Part shown: in pieces, positions 56,828-64,000 of the stretch
How positions within the stretch are numbered: position 1 is the stretch's first letter
Layout of the letters: each line of letters begins with the position of its first letter
Assembly: GCF_000981445.1 (NCBI RefSeq)
Contig: NC_027216.1
Location: 248,001-312,000, forward strand
Length of the DNA stretch: 64,000 bases
DNA from: Babesia bigemina
Lineage: Eukaryota
Direction: 5' to 3'
Position numbers and translations under genes: made by a program
The notes under the pieces: generated by a model
Databases searched by the model: none
The model's input: only the letters and a program-made list of their open reading frames with translations
What the model was told of the DNA's origin: nothing

Positions 56828-58288
56828 ATGGACCTAACAGATGAGACGAGAGTCATAGACGGTACACACCTTTTTTAGCAGCACAATGCCGCGCAGAACT
56901 CTTTAGGAAGGTTCGCTTCGACGAGATCCTCGAGGACCTCAAGGTGCTCGGGGTCGATGTGCGCGAGCAGACCCTCAAGAATCCTACCACGGAGGAGGCT
57001 CTGGGCCTCTACGGGCTCGCAATACAGGTCATATTCGGGAAAACGCGCACCGACATACGCCCGGAGGATGTCTACTCGCAAATCCATGTCTACAGCTCCG
57101 GCGTAGAGGGGTGAGTCCCCGAAGACTGTCGTCAACGTTCGCAGCCTTGAGATCACCAGCGATAACTTGGACTTCCTCAAACGCGGAGTTGGGAACCTGC
57201 GCTTCTGGCGCTACTGCCAGAAACTGCACGAGACGCTGGGACTGCCGGACATCGAACGGTACGAACTGTTCAATCCCACTCCGGAGTCATTCCACCGATT
57301 CATATCGGCGTTCGTGGTCTACCTGAGATTCAGAGAGGCCTTGAAGAGCCTGTTCGAGGATGCCATCGCGCGGCTGAACTTTTGCGCGGAGCAGGAGGAG
57401 CAGCTGGAGGACAACATCGGCAAGGTGCAGCAGGAGCTACAGAACTTCAAGCGCCTCAAGGACGAAAATGCAGACGATATAGTGAGGAGTGCCGGTGACA
57501 GGGAGCATTTGGAGGGGCTGCTGCTGCAGGCGAAGAGCGTTTTCAACGAGCACAAGGAGGAAAAGGCGAAGCTCGATGCGGATATCAACCGCGTCAAGCA
57601 AACAATCAACGACGTGCAGCTGAAGAAAACTAAAGCGAGGCATCGTAATGAGATGCTCTGTGAGCAGATAGTGTCGGAGCCGGACTCCCTGCACGCCCAG
57701 AAGGACGAACTGGAAGCGCAAGAGGTCGTACAGAATGCCACCTTAAAGAACCTCACCGAAGAATTCGATGAGGCCAAACGACGATTCAGACTCCTTGAGG
57801 ATTGCAGCCATTACGTCGAGGGTGTGAAAGCTAAAATGGCGCGGCACCTGGACGAGGTCTTGAAGCCGCTGGCCGAAAACCTGAGCGCGTCCAGAACGTT
57901 GAAGGCCAGGAACGAAACTCTGCAGCAGCAAATCAGTCGTCAAAAGGAGCAGCGCGACAGTGCCCGAGCTGAGCTCACTGCAAAGCAGCAGCTCAACGAG
58001 GAGAAGAGACGGCTATTGCAGGAGGCGGCAGACAATGAGCTCAAGGCCGCGCGCAAGTTCTCCGAGGACACGCATAACGAAGTTGTGGAGATGCAACAGG
58101 CAATATCGCAGGAAAAGAAGAAGGTGGAATCGTTGAAGCATGACCTTGCGGAACGTGAGGAGAGGGTCACTGCAGTTTTTAGCGCCGCTCAGGCCAGCTG
58201 GAAGAAGGTGACTGACGCCGCGGATTCCTACGCGCAACGCATGGACGAAATCATGGACAACGTGGAAAAGGTTATACAGGAAGAATGA
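56828..58288 (+). CDS. NUF2: Kinetochore protein Nuf2 (NDC80 complex), 3 exons
   Basis: Introns 56862-56896 and 57111-57144 give FRKVRFDEILEDLKVLG...LKNPTTE...LY...ELFNPTPESFHRFISAFVVYLRFRE (Nuf2 CH-domain pattern), followed by a long coiled coil. Confidence 0.85.
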
Positions 58289-58887
58289 CGTGCACCCCGT
58301 GCTATATTTGCACAAATCACTTGTGTATATGTAGCTGTGAGGGCGTACGCTTGGCGTGCTGTCCAGCAGCATCAAATGACGCCTTTTAAGTTGTATTATG
58401 TACAGCAAGATCAAATGACGCCTTTTTAAGAGGTGGTGGGCCACAGTAATCACGTTATTGTTGGCAATTTCAGGCGCTGGCCGCGTAGGCGAATGTTTTT
58501 GAGGGCCGTCCGCTGTGCTTGCTGGAATATGGCGGCGCAAAGCCTCGCCAAACAGTGCCGACGTGGCTTCAATCATCATATAACAGTTTAGCAGTGCGTA
58601 ATGAGGTCGTGTCAATCGGTGTTGTGTTTACATGGAGTGGAAGACGGCCACCTTACATATGTGTGTGCTGTTGCGTGGCGGATGCGGTTGCCGTGATAGA
58701 ATCATTACTTTCGTGTCTTCTCCATCGTTTTTTCATACGTTCGCCAGTATTCTGCGAATTTGCATTACAGTAACCAACAGAAGAAAGGGATGTGTACGCC
58801 TTAAGGCACAGAAGGACGAAGCCATACGTGAGTGTAGTTGCCACCGCGACTTCCAGCTCCACAGGGCAGTTGGAGCGCGCAGAAGGC

Positions 58888-60408
58888 ATGTTAACGACCG
58901 CGCGTTATCGATGGAAGGTGCTTAGGCTACTCTTCCTGTCCCTGTTGTGCGCGTCCTGGCCATTTGCGCGACCAGTGCGCCTTGTGGAAGGCGCCACCGT
59001 CGGGAGGCGGCACATCTCCCTAGATGCAGCGCAGAGCCTCGCAACACCAACCACACGAGACGTGGCTCGACTTGTGCGGAGATGGGCTGGGGAAGGATGG
59101 CGTGCTTCAAAGCCTTCTATGCAGCCTGGCAGGTCGCAGTTCTCAGCACAGGCATTCCTCACCATGAACGCACCTACGTCAGCTGATTACGCTCCCAAGA
59201 GCATAGATAAAAGAGCGCAGTGCTCGAAGTATCGTATAGTATGGAGTGACCAACGCTGGGAGTCAGGAGCAAATGCTAGGCGACGCAATCAGAACACCGA
59301 CGATGACCTTATTGTCGGCGGAGATATTGACACGCCTCCGGGGATACTGCACACCGCAGAGACTCCGGAGCTACAGGAGTTCACGAAACGAATGTGGAAC
59401 GAACAAGTACCGATCAATGAGGCCGTTGAACGACTCAGCCTCCTCGACGACACGCAGAAGGACGGCGTAATAAACAACTTCATGCGCGGTACGGACGCCA
59501 TAAAGTCGAACGGTGACACCATTGGTGATGATTCAACGGGGAAAACCAACAGTGCTGAAGAAAGTGTTCCAGACATGTTGCAGGAAGGGTTAGAGACTGC
59601 AGGGGGCACTTCGGCCGGTCGGTCAGATGTTGCTAACAACACCGCCGGATCAAACGAGCCAAAACGTGCGGAGAATGTAGGGGTGGAACAAACAGCAGAA
59701 GAGGTAGTTGGTTACGTTGCGCCGGTGGACTACATTGATGAGGAGCAGTACCGCAAGGAGACGCAGGACCAAAGGCATGGGACGGATGGAGCCAGAGGGG
59801 TGGATGACGATGCGTTCGACTCTGATGAGGAGCATCCCACCGGTATATATGAAGTTAATTATGCGGCGCTCACGGAAAGTGAGCTGGAGCTTGTTCTTAC
59901 GCTCATCCAGAGCACACTGGAGGACCCAGAGAGCCACGAGCAAATTCTAAAAGAGTTGTTGGCCGGAGATACAGGAGGACTCACAGAAGCGCAATGCAGA
60001 GAATATTTCGACAGGTTCCGCCGAATCGGGGATATACTCATAGCGCTCAGCGAAACCGTCGGCATGAAGCCGTTGGATACCCGCTGGATCCCCGAAATAC
60101 AGATGCGCATTAGAGATTTTATCGCACAGAGCGGGCATGAGGTATCGTCAATCCGATGGACTGAAAGAGACGTCATAGTGGCGCTTAAGGACGTTGTAGC
60201 GGAGAAAGAGGCAGGCAAACTACATGAGGCGCTGGCCGTATACCTACGCACGGATGCCGGCGAAGGATTCTGCCCAGGAATCAAGAACGTAGGACTGCTT
60301 TTGTACATGGATACTACCGGCAGTTACGACGATGAAGTGTCGAAGGCTTCGAAACGCAAGAGTAAGAGCACCGCCAAAAAGAGGAACTCCTTGTCTAAAA
60401 GAGATTGA
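58888..60408 (+). CDS. Hypothetical protein with a signal peptide and basic transit-like segment (candidate apicoplast protein)
   Basis: MLTTARYRWKVLRLLFLSLLCASWPFA, then an Arg-rich acid-poor stretch, an acidic linker and a folded C-terminal region. Confidence 0.72.
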   Translation: MLTTARYRWKVLRLLFLSLLCASWPFARPVRLVEGATVGRRHISLDAAQSLATPTTRDVARLVRRWAGEGWRASKPSMQPGRSQFSAQAFLTMNAPTSADYAPKSIDKRAQCSKYRIVWSDQRWESGANARRRNQNTDDDLIVGGDIDTPPGILHTAETPELQEFTKRMWNEQVPINEAVERLSLLDDTQKDGVINNFMRGTDAIKSNGDTIGDDSTGKTNSAEESVPDMLQEGLETAGGTSAGRSDVANNTAGSNEPKRAENVGVEQTAEEVVGYVAPVDYIDEEQYRKETQDQRHGTDGARGVDDDAFDSDEEHPTGIYEVNYAALTESELELVLTLIQSTLEDPESHEQILKELLAGDTGGLTEAQCREYFDRFRRIGDILIALSETVGMKPLDTRWIPEIQMRIRDFIAQSGHEVSSIRWTERDVIVALKDVVAEKEAGKLHEALAVYLRTDAGEGFCPGIKNVGLLLYMDTTGSYDDEVSKASKRKSKSTAKKRNSLSKRD

Positions 60409-60945
60409 GTGCGTGCCTAAGCAGGTTGCACGTCATCCTCCATGTCATATAGCAGAACGTAACAACACCAGACGCATTTTTGGTATACTCAAGATAAATG
60501 AGATATGTGCAACATTTTATGCAGTACACGGTGATAGCCGCACGTCTAACTTTAATGTGTGACCAAATGGCTGCAATTACAGATGTACAATTTCACTTCA
60601 TATACTCATATGACACGTACAGTGGAATTTAGTAAGTTATAACGGATGGAAGGCAGGAATGAGTCACGGAATCCACGTCGCAACTGTACCAAAAAAATAT
60701 GCCATATCATCGCCTCCACGAAGTTTTTTGTTTTATGACGTGGGTGTTCATTTATATGTGGCAATTGGATGTGTAATTGGAGAACGCGTTCTATGCACCT
60801 TGTAATTAAATTCACGGCAACGTGACCTTCCACGCACACTACGGAAGGCGGCTTCCACACATCCGGAGGCCACATTCTTACCGAGAGATTCAGAAAAGCA
60901 TTTCTCATATGACTATAGGGCACGTATTAATCAATTGCGGCATGA

Positions 60946-63037
60946 AGAGCTAGTGAAGCTGCGCCCGTATGCCGCTCAAACTCAAAGGTGAGTGGAACCA
61001 CCGACACATTCAACAAAACGTCGACAACACCCATTGATGATGCAGAGGCCGTGACGCTGTTTATATCTGTGCGACGGGGACTGGAAGGTGGCCTGCTGAA
61101 CGAAATCAAGAGGAATTCGCACCTCAACGTTATCGAACGCATACACTTTAAGCGACAAGACATTGTGCCAGACGTCGATCCATCAATAAATGAAGGTGAA
61201 GGGCGGATAATAAACGCCCCTGTGGACCTAGCAGGAAGTAGGATCAGATCGTCGGACGAAAATAAATGGCTCTACATCCAAAACGTAGCAGAGGAGCCTA
61301 CAACCGTAAGACCGAAGGCCGTTGCTCCGCCTCACTGCGGCACGAAATTAACTGAAACGTGCACTTTGAGGTTGCAATCTGGTGGTGTCGAGGTTAAGTG
61401 CAACAGGGAGTGGCTAATAAAGTGCGTACTCGGGCTACGAGCTGCTGAAAGCGTGTGGCTGCGCGTCGGTAGCCCGTTCAGGTGTCATAACAGCGAACAG
61501 CTCGTACAGCGGGCATCTGCACTGCCTTGGGGAGAATATTTGCCTAACGTGAATGTCGAATCGATTTGCATTCGGGTGATCAGCAGACATTCCACCGTCT
61601 GGTCGAAGCATGTCATTGAAGAGGCGGTGCGGCAAGGCATTCAATCCCACTTCGCTTGTAATCCCGTGTTAAAAGTCAGGTCTGCGAAGAAATTCGGCGA
61701 AATTTGTGTCTCCGTAACGCTGAACAGAAATACGTGCTACGTTGCAGTTCAGTGCTCAAGCAGGCTGTCCCCAAGAGAATACAACTTCGCCAACGCTACA
61801 CAGCAGCTTTCACGCTTGGTGGGGGAATCCGCCGTGCCGTTCTGGTCATTGTCAAAAACGCGGCTGCAAGCACGTCTAGAAGCTAGTAGCATATCGGAGG
61901 GAAAGGGCTTTAGGGTCGCACCCGTCGAGTGTCCTCAGCAAGACGGCCGAGACGCCGATCACATCAAGGCCATAAGACGGGAAGATTACATCCAACAGCA
62001 GCATATCTTGCAGGGTGATAAATACGACACTGCAGACGCGCTTGTCGCGGGCTTCCTTCAAACTGGTAGCGTATTCAAGGCACTCAGCAGCAGGCCCCTG
62101 CAGGTGAGGTAACTCCTCGGATTAGTAACACGGCGTAGATCTGGAACCCGTTCTGCTCCAACGGGCTCGTAACTAGCGAAATTGTCGGACTGATCCTGCA
62201 ACTACCGAACTTCACGCAGCACAATACGCCAAGAGCACTATTTCGTCTTCTTTCAGCCGGAAATGCAGCGGATGTGTACGATGATACAATTGTTGAATAT
62301 TTGGGAGGAAAGAAACGTGAGGCCAGAGGCGTCCACATAATTGCATCAGATACATCCCTGCTGAAGTTGAGCCAAACTGCCGAAAAACTCAACAAACTTC
62401 ACGCATTCTACGAGGACCTTCTGGATGGTATGCGAAACAGGACGTGCACAAACTTTTCAGCAGGAGATTCTGAAGGCAGCGCTATAACGGATCAGCCCAC
62501 TCTATACAGAAACTACCGCAATAGGTATGAAAGCCGTATCTGTTCTGGAAAAAGGTTCAGGTTGCCGATTCAACTATCACTGCACCATGCGCCACTCGGG
62601 GTCGTGGCGCCGCTGATGTACAGGCCACTTGTGATAGCGAAAATACCATCTGTCAGAAATAGGGTGAGTACCAGTAGACCTCTGTACACGTTTTGCAGGC
62701 ATACAAGGAACGCGTGTATGATACGATCAGAGAATACAAGGCTTTTGGGCACATTATCGGGTCGCGCTCAGATTGGAGAGGTGTATTCGCAATAGCTAAA
62801 GTAGGGCAGACATTCGGGTGATGCATGTCTCATCAGGGCACTGCGTTTGAGCATTTTAGTGGACTGGAATGGCATTGCGTAGCCAAAGCTACCAACTCAA
62901 CCGGGGACGTGATAAAGTTGCTCAGGTGGGTATCTGAATCCGCCTTACCGCCAACATGCAGATGGTCTGGAAAATCGCAAAAATTGGGGGATCCCCAGGA
63001 TCGACTAGAGCAAATCCATGCACTGGATTGCCTATGA
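60946..63037 (+). CDS. THUMP-domain RNA methyltransferase-like protein (RlmL/UPF0020 type); 5' end unresolved
   Basis: LGLRAAESVWLRV..PFRC...EQL......LPWGEYL, IWNPFCSNG, YKAFGHIIG..SDWRGV and FEHFSGL. Phase-compatible 35-36 nt introns 62104-62138, 62664-62698, 62801-62836 and 62926-62961. Stop TGA 63035-63037. Confidence 0.75.
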
Positions 63038-64000
63038 AACGTAGCTACATTTCTCGGGCGCTCCGAAAAATAGCACTACTGACATTTTGTGCCACCGCAT
63101 TGTTGCTAGGAGTAACACCGAGTTTTGCATTCCGTAAGTTGGATAAGTAGGCGCGCAATTGTCGATAGGGGTTATTCCGAGGGGCGATGGATGTCTGCGT
63201 GCTTCTCGTCTGTAAGTAATTTAGGTTGTTTGGAATAACGCATGATCCAGACTGGCGGATCCCATCAAGGTGGCCGTGGTGGGCAGCACGGGCAGCATTG
63301 GAACCCAAACGCTTGACGTCATACGACGGATGAATGCGTCTTCAAATGAGCCAAAGTTCAAAGTGGTCTCCCTAACGGCAAACACTAACGTGGACGACCT
63401 GGCCAAGCAGGCGGAAGAGTTCAGGTAGGCCGGGCGAGCATGGGACTGATACGCATATAGGCCTAATCGACTCAATATAAATGTTGAAGGTTCGATTTTG
63501 CGGGATAAGGTGGCCGATGGGTGCCACATTACCACCGGTAAGGAAGGAATGTTGGAAATATGTGACTCGTCTGACTACGATATCTTGGTCATGGGAATCT
63601 CTGGGTGCGCAGGTATAGAACCCACAATAGCTGCGGCCAAAGCCGGCAAGAAGCTGGCACTAGCGAACAAGGAATCGGTGGTATCAGCAGGTGGGCTATA
63701 TACATAAGGAAACCGTCTCAAACCACGCAGGTGCATTGCTTCGAAGCGTTGTTAGGGAGAACGGATGTGAAATCATACCCATAGACTCGGAGCACAACGC
63801 GCTGTACCAGTGTCTGATGACTTCAGCACGGGATTTCGCAGACCACATAAAGCAGAGGGATGAAAAACCGCTATGTGGTCTTTCAACGAATGTCATCAAT
63901 TCAGTGAAGCGGCTTATAGTCACTAGCAGTGGAGGCCCGTTCAGGGACAGAAGTCTGTCAGAAATGAAGTCTTTGCGGATATCGGATGCTCTCAAGCATC
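63034..64000 (+). CDS. DXR: 1-deoxy-D-xylulose 5-phosphate reductoisomerase (apicoplast MEP pathway), 3' end outside the window
   Basis: Leader [33 protein letters not shown]. Introns 63134-63168 and 63212-63250 lead in frame to [17 protein letters not shown]; later exons carry [19 protein letters not shown] and TSSGGPFR. Confidence 0.96.

Noticed and set aside
1..64000. tRNA, rRNA, snRNA or transposon sequences
   Set aside because: No conserved tRNA arms, rRNA or snRNA signatures, transposase/RT motifs or terminal repeats were seen by eye.

Overview
Gene-dense eukaryotic DNA from a piroplasmid apicomplexan, most likely a GC-rich Babesia. The assignment is inferred from modal GT-AG introns of about 35 nt, bipartite apicoplast leaders, DXR, a RON4-like protein and the apicomplexan HDAC 'AT' insertion. 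About 27 protein-coding genes can be reconstructed: AsnRS, an MFS transporter, a Cys/Lys-rich membrane protein, class I HDAC, apicoplast ProRS, SLBP, PP4c, CenH3, COX5B, aspartate aminotransferase, bL25, a secretory cyclophilin, NTF2, RON4-like, PIKfyve/Fab1, an actin-related protein, deoxyhypusine synthase, AFG2/SPATA5, NMT, an FKBP-like+CS protein, a gamma-tubulin complex protein, PPase, Nuf2, a THUMP methyltransferase-like protein, DXR and a few hypotheticals. No tRNA, rRNA, CRISPR array or mobile element is supported. The main oddities are: (1) extreme gene packing, including a bacterial-style ATGA stop/start overlap between the THUMP gene and DXR and convergent stop codons 2-3 bp apart; (2) a lower-GC accessory island (about 3.0-11.4 kb) whose Cys-rich protein has a leader cut off by an in-frame TGA or a 1-nt frameshift; (3) PSAP and YPxL ESCRT-type motifs plus tandem repeats in RON4; (4) fold-back structures in the few long introns. 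All exon models and homology calls were made by eye, without database searches.
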